A stretch of 64,000 nucleotides of DNA from Octopus vulgaris (lineage: Eukaryota), in the NCBI GenBank assembly GCA_951406725.2, contig OX597814.1, forward strand, positions 208,444,001 to 208,508,000, given 5' to 3'. Positions 40,489 to 52,634 of this stretch are shown piece after piece. The position numbers were made by a program, and so were the translations under genes. The notes below the pieces were generated by a model. That model was given only the letters and a program-made list of their open reading frames with translations. It was not told the origin of the DNA and did no database searches. Position 1 is the first letter of the stretch, and every line of letters starts with the position of its first letter.

Positions 40489-40886
40489 TCTTTATATATA
40501 AAAGTAAGGTTGTGTGTCTGTCTCCTACGATTTAGATTCCTAACTACTCCCACATTTTGCGGTGCAGTTTAACCAAAACCGGGTATCTTATAGTCGTGAT
40601 TCATATCGAGCCCTTCTGGGTATTAGCGCGCATCTACGATGAGTCTACGATTTTAAAAAAATTTACCATCATTTTTTTCCATTTTAATGCATTTTTTTCG
40701 CTATTATATAAGGGAAGTAACTCTCTAAAAATGTTTACGATGAGTCAACGATTTAAAAAAAAATTTACCATAATTTTTTTTCCATTTTTAATGCATTTTT
40801 TTGCTATTTTTTGGCTATAACTCTCTAAAAATGCTTATATAGTTATTTCCCTTTGAAACCCGAGCAACGCCGGGCGATACTACTAG
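40489..40886 (+). mobile_element. Non-autonomous Helitron, copy 1
   Basis: A|TC 5' end; GC hairpin cccgagcaacgccggg ~8 nt before CTAG|T; no TSD; internal ~100-bp duplication. Confidence 0.88.
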
Positions 40887-41011
40887 TAAAAAATATTTTA
40901 GTTTTTATAATTGCTAACACAATACAAAGCCAATATTCAGCTTATGATTATAAAGGAATCCAAATATAACAGCCAGGGCATTGTTCTCTTTTCTTCATTA
41001 CTATTCTACAA

Positions 41012-41215
41012 TTACTCTTTTACTTGTTTCAGTCATTTGACTGTGGCTGTGCTGGAGCACCGCCTTTAGTCGAGCACATCGACACTAGGACTTATTCTTT
41101 GTAAGCCTAGTACTTATTCTATCAGTCTCTTTTGCCAGACTGCTAAGTTACGGGGGCGTAAACACACCAGCAACGGTTGTCAAGCGACGTTGGGGGGATA
41201 AACACAGACACATAA

Positions 41216-41258
<43 letters not shown>

Positions 41259-41424
41259 CATACGATGGGCTTCTTTCAGTTTCCATCTACCAAATCCACT
41301 CACAAGACTTTGGTTGGCCTGAGGTTATAGTAGAAGACACTTGCCCAAGGTGCCGCTCAGTGGGAATGAACCCGGAACCATGTGGTTCGTAAGCAAGCTA
41401 CTTGCCACACAGCCACTCATGCCT
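41012..41424 (-). mobile_element. SINE family A
   Basis: Family match. Confidence 0.9.
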
Positions 41425-42919
41425 ATAGGAGAAAATCCTGTTTTATCTATTAACTTTCTTACTCTTCTATTACCCCAGCTTTTAACTGTAATATTGTAAT
41501 GTCTCTTTTCCAGGAGTTTCTTACAAAAACAATTATTTGCTTCAACATATACTCATAGGACACAATATGGTTTACTAGTTTGGAAGTATGTTTTACAATC
41601 ATAAAATCCTGTCTTCAATCTCACTGCATGGCATTTGGGGCATGTGTGTTTTACTATTGCTTTAGACAACTGAAATCCTGTGGCTGAAACTGGAGAGGTG
41701 AAAACTGTGTAGAAGTCAGTCAGATGGATTGTATTCATAATTCAAAGGGCCAGCCTTGTTACACATTTTGCCCCATTGACCCTGTTTGAGAATTACCTTT
41801 AAAGGTACACATGTCTGTTTGAAAATTTAGTCAGCAACACACTAATTCAATGAGCAAGTAATTCAGCTGTTAAAATAACTTAATCATTGTCAAAAACTAA
41901 TAGAAATCCAGTTACTTTTATGTTACACATTACATTTCATTTAAACGTAATCAAAGCCCTTCATTGTAAAAATTCGTTCTTCTTTTGTTTTTGCATATTC
42001 ATACCCCCAAATATGCAGGCAGACAACAAGAATAAGCAGAATAACATTATGATGGTAGCAGGGAAAATAACTCTTTCATCAGCTATCTCTTCTGTGACTT
42101 TTAACATAGTTTACAGCTTTATCATTTCATAGTTTTAGTCTTGTTTACTGATCATGTTGGTATTAGAATGAATTAGTTAAAACCTAACAGATTTTAAGCC
42201 ATTTTATTGATAGCTACAAATATAATGAACTGCCAGAAACAAAGGAACAAAGACAAAACGCATATATCCACCCATGTATATATCCATCATACATATTATC
42301 CATCTGAGTTTGACAATGCTTTTTATCCTTTCAGAGTCATCAAAATAAAGTACCAATAATGTACTTGAGTAGACTCAGTCAGTTATACCATTTTCCTATA
42401 AGTATGTGGCTTTTGTGTACCAATGAAATCATTATTAAAAAAAGGAACAAAGATGTGATTTAGTTGCTAGACAACTGACAACTGGGATATGGATGAATTT
42501 GAACATGGTTACAATCATTCTGCAGTGACCAGGGACATGGTATAGCATTCTATTTATTGTAGTTTGCTTGGCTCACAATGTGTCCAAACCCTAACTCATT
42601 GTAAAATGGTAGTGGTGGTGGTGGTGGTAGTTTGTGATGGATTTGAGTCTATAATCCATTGAATCAAAGAATCACTTAAAAATATATTTTTTCATCATGT
42701 TTACTCTTTACTCTTTACCCTTTTACTTTTGACTGTGGCCATGCTGGAGCACCACCTTTTAGTCAAGGAAATCAACCCCAGGACTTATTCTTTGTAAGCC
42801 TAGTATTTATTCTATCGGTCTCTTTTGCCGAACTGCTAAGTTACAGGGACGTAAACACACCACCATCGGTTGTCAAGCGATGTAGTGGAGGGAACAAACA
42901 CAGACACACAACCACACAC

Positions 42920-42982
<63 letters not shown>

Positions 42983-42983
<1 letters not shown>

Positions 42984-43258
42984 CGACCTCCGACACACAA
43001 GTGCAAACAAGGGAGTCAGAGAAAGGCAGAATGCCACTTAAATCTGAACACTACTATAGAAATATTCCTTTAAAAAAACTTTTCTTCTAGTTTTTCTAAA
43101 TTTAATTTTTCTAAATTTAATTATTTAATCGTTACAGTTGAAAAGGTCTCAAAATGACCGAAACCGGTACTGAAATGTTCACTATAAAATTATTTTAGCA
43201 TTTTCTATTTTTGACTTGTTTTTTCATATATATCAACTCGTGTGTTCCTTTTCACCCT
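42983..43258 (+). mobile_element. (TA)n-embedded insertion carrying a hammerhead motif; probable Penelope-like element terminal fragment
   Basis: Unique sequence between two long (TA)n tracts, containing the HHR at 43130-43177. Confidence 0.65.
43130..43177 (+). ncRNA. Minimal type-I hammerhead ribozyme, U3-A8 variant
   Basis: cgttacag-TTGAAAA-ggtc(tcaaaat)gacc-GAAA-ccg-GTA-ctgaaatg: stem I, core, 4-bp stem II, GAAA, palindromic ACCGGT stem III and GUA cleavage triplet. Confidence 0.7.
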
Positions 43259-43259
43259 T

Positions 43260-43360
<101 letters not shown>

Positions 43361-43846
43361 CGATGGGCTTCTTTCAGTTTCTGTCTACCAAATCCACTCA
43401 CAAGGATCTGGTCGACCCAAGGCTATAGTAGAAGACACTTGCCCAAGGTGCTATGCAATGGGAGTGAACCCAGAACCATGTGGTTGGTAAGCAAGCTACT
43501 TACCACACAGCCACTCCTGTTGTGTATTTCTCTGACATGTTAATATCATACTGTTGTATCATGGTATGAATGTTATTTACCCCTGCTTCTATAGCTGTAG
43601 ATTTCTTTTGTGGGAATTACAGAAGTTAGATACAATTACATTCATACCATTAAGTGATGTTGGAAGCAATGTGCTGTTTGTGTACCATTCTCAATATTCT
43701 CCTCATTCTATATTTGCACAGTTGCTATCTTTTATTGGTTGATTATGTATTTGTCCTGGTATCTTAGGAACTATTGGAGAAATGAAGACCCAATTTAAAA
43801 AAAAATTTTACTAAGCAAAGTTTTTAAATATATATATATATATAAA

Positions 43847-44243
43847 CTAGCAGTATCGCCCGGCGTTGCTCGGGTTTGTAAGGGAAATAACTATATAAGC
43901 ATTTTTAGAGAGTTATAGCCAAAAAATAGCAAAAAAATGCATTAAAAATGGAAAAAAATTATGGTAAATTTTTTTTTTAAATCGTTGACTCATCGTAGAC
44001 ATTTTTAGAGAGTTACTTCCCTTATATAATAGCGAAAAAATGCATTAAAATGGAAAAAATGATGGTAAATTATTTTTTAAATCGTAGACTCATTGTAGAC
44101 ACGCGCTAATACCCAGAAGGGCTCGATATGAATCACGACTATAAGATACCCGCTTTTGGTTAAACTGCACTGCAAAATGTGGGAGTAGTTAGGAATCTAA
44201 ATCGTAGGAGACAGACACACAACTTGACTTTTATATATAAAGA
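43847..44243 (-). mobile_element. Non-autonomous Helitron, copy 2
   Basis: Reverse complement of copy 1; A|TC...CTAG|T on the minus strand. Confidence 0.88.
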
Positions 44244-44513
44244 TATGATAAAAATGATAAATGATAAATGATAAATTTTTACAATGACAAAAATGATGAT
44301 GATGATGATGATAGTAGTGGAGGTGGTGTTGATGGTGAGGCTTATAAACAAAACTCAATCACCCAATAAATGAAATTAAGAGAAATGTATTCTCACACTT
44401 AATTACATAGCAACATAATTTCTTACTAACATTGAGTATTAATAATACTAACTACATGTGGTAAAAAACATTTCTTTTTGTGTTCATTCTTCAATTCTTT
44501 ATCATTTTGGTTT

Positions 44514-44705
44514 ATCATCATCATCATCATCATTTAGCATCCGCTTTCCATGCTGGCATGGGTTGGACGGTTCAACTGGGGTCTGGGAAGCCAGAAGGCT
44601 GCATCAGGCCCAGTTTGATCTGGCAATGTTTCTACGGCTGGATGCCCTTCCTAACGCCAACCACTCCATGAGTGTAGTAGGTGCTTTTTACGTGCCACCG
44701 GCACA
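44514..44705 (-). mobile_element. Family G retroposon, 5'-truncated
   Basis: Family match. Confidence 0.85.
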
Positions 44706-46424
44706 AAACTTTTTCTGATCATGTAATAAATCATTTCAAATTGCAGCACAAGGCCAGCAATTTTCAGGAATGAGGGAAGTTAATTACATTGTCCACAATG
44801 TTCCACTGGTACTTATTTTATCAACCCCGAAATGATGAAAGGCAAAACTGACTTCAGCAGGATTTAAAGAATGTAAAGAGACAGGAGAAAGGGCACTATG
44901 CATTTTGCCCAACATGGTAATGGTTCTGCTAGCTTGTGATCATATGAAGTCTTGTAATAAATGAAAATGGGTAGACATCAAGCTTAGTTTGTTTTAGTCA
45001 TTTGTTTTAGCCATTTGTTCAGTTTTTCACCTGTAGCAGTTAAACACTTGTAACTTAGTTTTCAAGTGCTATGACTGGCCTAATATTTCCCTTTCAAACT
45101 GTTTTTGTTTGAGTGTAGACAATCAAAAAAGAGCAGTTTGGTCTTGGCTGGTTTCTTAACACTACTGACATATAGCCCCCTCTCTCTCTTTCAGAGAGGC
45201 ACTGAGCGGCTATACGCACACATACACACATGGCAGTAACTCCCGCCTACCAAATTCAATCACAAAGCTCCGGTCAGCTTGGGGATTTGTAAAAAAAAAT
45301 TGTGTTTTTCTATCAAATAGCATAGTTTTAACAAGCATACTCACATACACACATCATCATCACACATACATACACCTACACAAATATGTATTAAATGATA
45401 CACTATGGAACATATGACTTCAATAATTCTAATTAATCATATATCCCAGATGATTTATGTTTGATTATTGACTGGTATATACAGAGTATGATTGAGAGGG
45501 GATGAATGATTTTGCATTGCTCTAAAACTGAATGTGATGCAGTTATATTGAAATAATGGTTGTCCTGATGTTAGAAATGTATGCTTTTCCTATATATTGT
45601 AAAATAATGCTTAATGATAGATATATTGTTGTATAAAATCTATCTCTCTGTTTTGGATACTAACTGCAGTATAATATTAAAAAGTAGCAGTTACACATTG
45701 CAAAACAGTAAAAGAAACACACACACACACATGCATGTGCCCACAAGCGCACACACACACACACAAGTGAGTAGGTGTGAATAAAATATAACAAAACAAT
45801 TCTGTGTATGTGTGTGTGAGTAGTATTTGTTGTAGCTATTATTAAATGCCACATCATAGTAAGTATGATGCTTGACAGTTTACATATAACAACAGCTGTT
45901 GTCACATACTAAAAACAAAGCACTTGTAGATTTTGTATCACTACCAACACTAAGAACTCATATCTTTAACTTATATCTTCGAGTGTGTGTATATGTGTGT
46001 GTGTGTACATGTGTGTGTGTGTTGGTGTAGGTGTAGGTGTATATGTGGTGTAGTGAAAGAGAAGTTGGCATAAACAATAGAAAGATTATTTATTTGCATT
46101 CTAGAATCTAGTTCAGTATCTTAGCTTCTCGTAATAAAATTCTTATCCCTTGAGGAATTTGAATGCGTAAAGGTAAGATACTGAACTAGATTCTTCTTAG
46201 ATAGAGAAAGATATACTAGAGTTGGACTGGAAGCTGACAGAAATGGTAAGGCAACAAATTAATTATCCTACACAGGTTTGTTTTTGTCTCCCAACATTCA
46301 AAGTTCAAATTCCATCAGAGATAATTTTGTGCTTGGCTCCTGTGAGAGTTAATGAATTAACTATTAGTTATACACATATGCACACAACATACACACATGT
46401 GCATATAACATACACACAGGTATA

Positions 46425-47270
46425 TAGAGGATGTCTGGGCTAAATTTGATGGGGTTTTTTTATATCTCCTTTTTGCAGGAACAGCTTAATTTATTCGGTG
46501 AAGAGTCAACAGAGAGCATAAAGATTAAAGATGTAGATGAAGAAAAGTTATCTGATGTGGAGGACAGGAAGCCATTTGAACATTGGAAAGAGCTACCTGT
46601 ATCATGATGATTCATTATACAGGTGTCAAAATGCCAACATCATGCTCTGTGAACACTATAAAAGCTGTAAGATATGACATGGACAGCTACAACACAGACT
46701 ATGAAGTTGTAGCTAGCAGGAAGGGATTTAGCAGATGTTCTAACTGTGTCTGCATGCCAGAATTCATACCCACATCTTTGAACAGAGTCTTCGGCTCAAT
46801 TCAGATGAGATGGCTATGTGAAACTGCTGGAGACTGTGGTCAATCCCTGGCTGGAGAGGGTTGCTATGGAAAGGCCATATGTGTGGCAGCAGGATTTGGC
46901 TCTTTCCCAAACCTCTGGAGAGTTAGAAGTGGTTGTCGGAAAATTTATTACAACTTCACCAACCCCAATATCTGGCCTTCACATTCCCCCTAATTGTAAT
47001 CCTGTGGATTACTATGTGTGGAGCACACTTTATTAAAACACCAACCTCTTTGCCTGCAACACCAAGCTAAGCTGGTAGCCAAGATCAAGGTGATGTCCAA
47101 ATATCTTCCCAGAGATACAATGAGGGACTCATGCACTAGGTTCTGGAGCAACCTTGAAGCTATGGAAGAACAGAATGTTATTTTTTGATTTTTTTAAGAT
47201 AATTTTATTTTTGGATGGGATATTGTATTATATTTGCCCTTTATGCAAATTGTCAAATTAAACACACTGT
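46425..47270 (+). mobile_element. Decayed, internally deleted Tc1/mariner-superfamily (maT-like) transposon
   Basis: YVKLLETVVNPWLERVAMERPYVWQQD..W..NFTNPNIWPSHSPNCNPVDYYVWS matches the second/third catalytic-motif region (QQD...WPxxSPDxNPxDY); frameshifted; weak TIR similarity (taaatttga / tcaaatta). Confidence 0.75.
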
Positions 47271-47312
47271 ATATACATACATATGTGTGTATATGTGTAT
47301 ATGTATGTGAAT

Positions 47313-47364
<52 letters not shown>

Positions 47365-47732
47365 TCTTTTATTCTTTTACTTGGCCATACTGGAGTAAGG
47401 GTTTTAGTCAAAGAAATTGACCCCAGGACTTCTTTGTAAGCCTGGCACATTTGTTGGTCTCTTTTGCCGAACCATTAAATTACGGGGACATAAACAAACC
47501 AGCATTGGCTGTCAAGTGATGGCATAGAGACAGACACACACATGCACACACACACACACACATACACACATAACAGGCTTCTTTCAGTTTCTGTCTACCA
47601 AATCCACTCACAAGGCTTTGTCAGTCCGAGGCTATAATAGAAGACACTTGCTCAAGGTGCCATGCAGTGGGACTGAACCTGGATCCATGTGCTTGGGAAG
47701 CAAGCTTCTTACCACACAGCCACACCAGTGCC
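47365..47732 (-). mobile_element. SINE family A, diverged
   Basis: Family match. Confidence 0.8.
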
Positions 47733-47740
47733 TATATATA

Positions 47741-47953
47741 CAGCATCTACCAAAAAAATGTATACACTTTTCAGCAGAAGAAATACCTGTATAAATATTT
47801 AACTTGTATAATTACCTCTATAAATATAGATACCTCTTTCAATGGTTTATCAGATTGTGATAACACTGAACAAATTGCAATAACACTGAATAAAAATATT
47901 TATACAGATTTTTCCTTTCCTGAAATGTGCATGTATTTTTTTGGCGAACTCTG
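47741..47953. mobile_element. Tc1/mariner-type MITE with ~60-bp imperfect TIRs
   Basis: TA|cagcatctaccaaaaaaatgtatacac...ctgtataaatattt versus the reverse complement of the right end cagagttcgccaaaaaaatacatgcac...ctgtataaatattt; TA on both flanks. Confidence 0.7.
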
Positions 47954-47954
47954 T

Positions 47955-48015
<61 letters not shown>

Positions 48016-48016
48016 T

Positions 48017-48429
48017 GGCGCAGGAGTGGCTGTGTGGTAAGCAGCTTGCTTACCAGCCACATGGTTCTGGGTTCAGTCCCACTGCGTGGCACCTTGGGCA
48101 AGTGTCTTCTACTATAGCATCGGGCCGACCAAAGCCTTGTGAGTGGATTTGGTAAACGGAAACTGAAAGAAGCCCGTCGTATATACGTATATATATATAT
48201 ATGTGTGTGTGTGTGTTGTGTGTGTCTGTGTTTGTCCCCCTAGCATTGCTTGACAACCGATGCTGGTGTGTTTACGTGCCCGTTACTTAGCGGTTCGGCA
48301 AAAAAGACCGATAGAATAAGTACTGGGCTTACAAAAGAATAAGTCCCGGGGTCGAGTTGCTCGATTAAAGGCGGTGCTCCAGCATGGCCGCAGTCAAATG
48401 ACTGAAACAAGTGAAAGAGTAAAAGAGTA
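48017..48429 (+). mobile_element. SINE family A, full length
   Basis: Family match. Confidence 0.9.
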
Positions 48430-48767
48430 AATATATAAATAAACACACATGCACACACAGATGTAATATGGTGGTGGTTTTAATTCGAAAGTAAAGAACT
48501 AAAGCCTCTCTATTGAGTGGTGGGGAAAACTTATTAAAACCTCTCTGCTTGTTCTGCAAAAATTAAATCAGAAGCCGTACTTCTGAGATGACAACATACT
48601 GTTAAGTAAAAATACATTGCTAATGTCAAGAAACTGATAATTCATCTTCTATTCTATATAACATTTCATTCTAGCCATGCTGTTTACGTGTTTCTAAAAG
48701 ATTCAAACATAAAAAGAGTCTGTTTTTACCTCTTGAAGAAATTTATAATCATTAGAGTTATAAACTA

Positions 48768-49156
48768 CTAGCAGTATCGCCCGGCATTGCTCGGGTTGGT
48801 AAGGGAAATAACTATATAAGCATTTTTAAGAGTTATAGCAAAAAAATAGCAAAAAAATGGAAAAAAAATTATGGTAAATTTTTTTTTAAATCATTGACTC
48901 ATCGTAGACATTTTTAGAGAGTTACTTCCCTTATATAATAGCGAAAAAGTGCATTAAAATGGAAAAAAATGATGGTAATTTTTTTTTAAATCGTAGACTC
49001 ATCGTAGATGCACGCTAATACCCAGAAGGGCTCGATATGAATCACGACTATAAGATACCCGCTTTTGGTTAAACTGCACCGCAAAATGTGGGAGTAGTTA
49101 GGAATCTAAATCGTAGGAGACAGACACTCACACAACTTCACTTTTATATATAAAGA
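48768..49156 (-). mobile_element. Non-autonomous Helitron, copy 3
   Basis: Same termini and hairpin as copies 1 and 2. Confidence 0.88.
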
Positions 49157-49329
49157 TGTGCAGGGAAATAGTTTTACATTGTTTTCTAATATAACTTATG
49201 ACATGACTTGTTACAGGTGTCTTTTCAACTTTATATAGTATACTATGTTCCATAAATATATTGGGTAAAATCTTTTGTCCTTTAACTTTTATTTGTTTCA
49301 GTCATTGAAGGGGGCACCATTTGATTAAA

Positions 49330-49640
49330 TGAAGGTCCACAGCTTTTCAATACCCTGCCACCAAGATTAAGAAATCTACATAATGTGGATATAGATGTCT
49401 TTAAAAAGGAACTAGACTTCTGCCTCTCCACAATGTCAGATGAACCAATAGCTCAGCAAGAAGTACAGACAAGAGCAGCGGAATCAAACCCTCTCATACA
49501 CTAAATGGGCCAACAGCTGGGACAAAGGCACATACAAGAGTGGTGATGTGAACCCCGCCATCAAAGAAAATCATCAAAACTACAGGGGTGCTCCAGCATA
49601 ACCGCAGCTGCATGACTGCAACAAATAAAAGAATAAAAGA
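49330..49640 (+). mobile_element. CR1/L2-group LINE 3' end inserted into a minus-strand SINE A fragment
   Basis: GPQLFNTLPPRLRNLHNVDIDVFKKELDFCLSTMSDEP..RAAESNPLIH*; tail ggggtgctccagcataaccgcagctgcatgactgcaacaaataaaagaataaaaga. Confidence 0.82.
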
Positions 49641-49856
49641 AAGTACTAATTCTATTAATCTCTTCTGATGAACCACTAAGTTACAGGGACGTAAAGAAAC
49701 CAGCACTGGTTGTCTAGCTGTGGTAAGAGACAGAATTTAAAAAGTCAAAAGTAAATTATTATACCCAAGTAAAAGCAAAAAATAAAAAATTTTGTTTCCC
49801 AACCACATGGTTCTGGATTCAATCCCACTGCATGGCAGCTTGGACAAGTGTCTTCT

Positions 49857-50449
49857 AATTTCTTTATTTCCCACAAGGGGCTAAACATAGAGGGGACAAA
49901 CAAGGACAGACAAAGGGATTAAGTCGATTACATCAACCCCAGTGCGTATCTGGTACTTAATTTATCGACTCCGAAAGGATGAAAGGCAAAGTCAACCTCG
50001 GCAGAATTTGAACTCAGAATGTAACAGCAGATGAAATACCTATTTCTTTATTACCCACAAGGGGCTAAAAACAGAGTGGACAAACAAGGACAGACAAAGG
50101 GATTAAGTCGATTACATCAACCCCAGTGCGTATCTGGTACTTACTTTATTGACCCCAAAAGGATGAAAGGCAAAGTCAACCTTGGCAGAATTTGAACTCA
50201 GAATGTAACAGCAGACGAAATACCTATTTCTTTACTACTCACAAGGGGCTAAACACAGAGAGGACAAACAAGGACAGAACAGACAAAGGGATTAAGTCGA
50301 TTACATCAACCCCAGTGCGTATCTGGTACTTAATTTATCGACCCCGAAAGGATGAAAGGCAAAGTTAACCTCGGCAGAATTTGAACTCAGAACGTAACAG
50401 CAGACGAAATATCACTAAGTATTTCACCCGGCATGCTTACATTTCTGCC
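49857..50449 (-). mobile_element. Tandem trimer (184-bp period) of family C SINE inserted in a SINE A (49795-50683)
   Basis: Units start at ~49857, 50041 and 50225; only the last carries the head. Confidence 0.88.
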
Positions 50450-51747
50450 TTGTGAGTGGATTTGGTAGATGGAAACTATGTATGTACCCCATCACCACTT
50501 GCCAACTGGTGTTGGTGTGTTTACATCCCTATAACTTAGCAGTTTGGTAAAAGAGGCCGCTAAAATAAGTACCTAGCTTAAAATACAATAAGTACTGGAG
50601 TTGAGTCATTTGACTAAAAATTCAAGGTGGTGCTTCACTATGACCACAGTCTAATGACTGAAACAGGTAGAAGACAAAGATAAAAAAAATTATTCTTAAG
50701 AATTCAAAATGGTCCTTACTTTAAGCTGCAGGATTTACTGTTCCATTTCAATTTTTTCCAAAATACCTACCAATATTTTTACTTATCAATGAACCAACTA
50801 GCATCTGGCTCTTCTTAAATATGAAATGAACTCAAAAAGTAAGTATATGTCTCCAAATCATTGGAGTGCATACAGTGGATGAGAATTTTACAGCTGATGA
50901 CATTTCATAAAATGTCTGATACATAAACCTCTGAGAGAGAGAAGAAATGAAGCATAAAGAATTAAGTCTCCACAAGCAAAACAATGGAAACCTCTGCTAC
51001 TGCAAATTTGAACTTTCAAGTTAGCCGAGAGAACATTACTTTACCCAATCAGTCATGCACATACATGCACGAATGCGTGTGCACACACATGCACACACCA
51101 CATATGTACATATACTCACACAAGCTCATAAAGCCCGTGTGAAACCTTGGAATGAAATATTCTGCTCGAAAAAACATGACAATATATGTATGCCTGCATG
51201 CATGAAATGTGTGTGCATCTGTGTGTGTACATATGAAGTATGTATGCGTGTACGAGTATGCATATGTGTGAACGTGTGTATTGTACGTGTGTGTATGAAT
51301 ATGCAGAGTATGAGATGTGTTGGTACAATCATTTTGGTGCCGCCTATTTGGAATCCCTGATTCAAGGCTGACTTATTTGACATCAAACATTTCTCTGTTT
51401 CTCTTGTTCTCTTCTTTCCGCTCTCTCTCTTTCTCTCTCTCTCTGTAGCACGAGAAAGAAAGTGTTTATGTTTAGCCTCTTGGCATTTAAACCAGCCACA
51501 TTCTGCCCACATATTCAACTTGTTTTAGGTTTAAACTGACCATATATGGCCTCTCACACCTAGCCTACACTGTCATTCTAAAAATAGACAAACACATCAT
51601 CAATATCTCAAAGCTGTAAGATAATGCATAATTAATTCAAAACGATGTGAATAGATAAGCATTACATTTGACAGAGTAACGTGAATGCGAAAAAGTTAAT
51701 TAATGAATCATAATATCTCTCTTTCCCATTCACACTCTTTCTATCTC

Positions 51748-52630
51748 ATCATCATCATCATCATCGTCGTCGTTTAATATCCACTTTCCATTAGACATTA
51801 GACATCCAGCAGAGCATACTAGCTTCATTTCTTTCAAGCCAACGCATGTCCTCAGCAGTCACAGCCATGTTTCATTACCGTGTAGCAGGGCTGCTCGCAC
51901 ACATGCATCATATAGTCTACCTTTCACTCTGAGCCCCAAGAGACCCTTTGTTACCAGCAGAGGTAGGAGCTGTCTGAACTTTTCCCAGGCTATTCTTATT
52001 CTAGCAGCTACACTCTCAGAGCATCCACCTCAAATGCTGACTTGGTCACCTAGGTAATGGAAGCTATCAATTACTTCTAGTTTTTTTCCCTTGGCATGTG
52101 ATGGAAGCTGTTCTCTTCACATTTTCAGTGTTTATTGCCCCCATGCATATGCCACACACAAAATCTATCTTCCCAGTTAACTTTATTGCTGCACCTCTTA
52201 TGTGTCCATAGCTTACACCAGGTACATCTTATGGAGTTTCTACCTACTCCTTTCCTACAGACTGAGCAAGGCCATCTACCTGAAGGGATTTGTGGTTTAT
52301 CTGCCTTCCTACTTACTAAGACTTTGACTTTTGCTAGATTGACTCCAAGGTACTTGGATTCTAGTACTTGCTTCCACATCTGAAAATTCTCCTCTAGATC
52401 TGGTAGTGACTCAGCTATTAGAGCAAGGTCATCAGCATAGAGGAGCTCCCAGGGGGCAGCCTATCTTGAATTCCTCTGTTATTGCCTGAAGGACTATGAT
52501 GAATAAGAGGGAGCTGAGGACTGATCCTTGGTGGGTCCCTCCTCCTGCTTGGAATTCTTCACTATACTTGTTGCCAACCCTCACCTTACCGACAGTATCC
52601 CTGCACATAGCTTGTACAGCACTCACTAAT
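51748..52630 (-). mobile_element. RTE-clade LINE RT fragment with an internal PHD-like finger, joined to a (GAT)n tail
   Basis: HQGSVLSSLLFIIVL..WELLYADDLALIAES..WPCSVCRKGVGRNSIRCTWCKLWTHKRCS..FVCGIC..LEVIDSFHYLGD..ARIRIAWEKF..KGRLYDACVRAALLHGNETW; frameshifted. Confidence 0.9.
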
Positions 52631-52634
52631 CATT

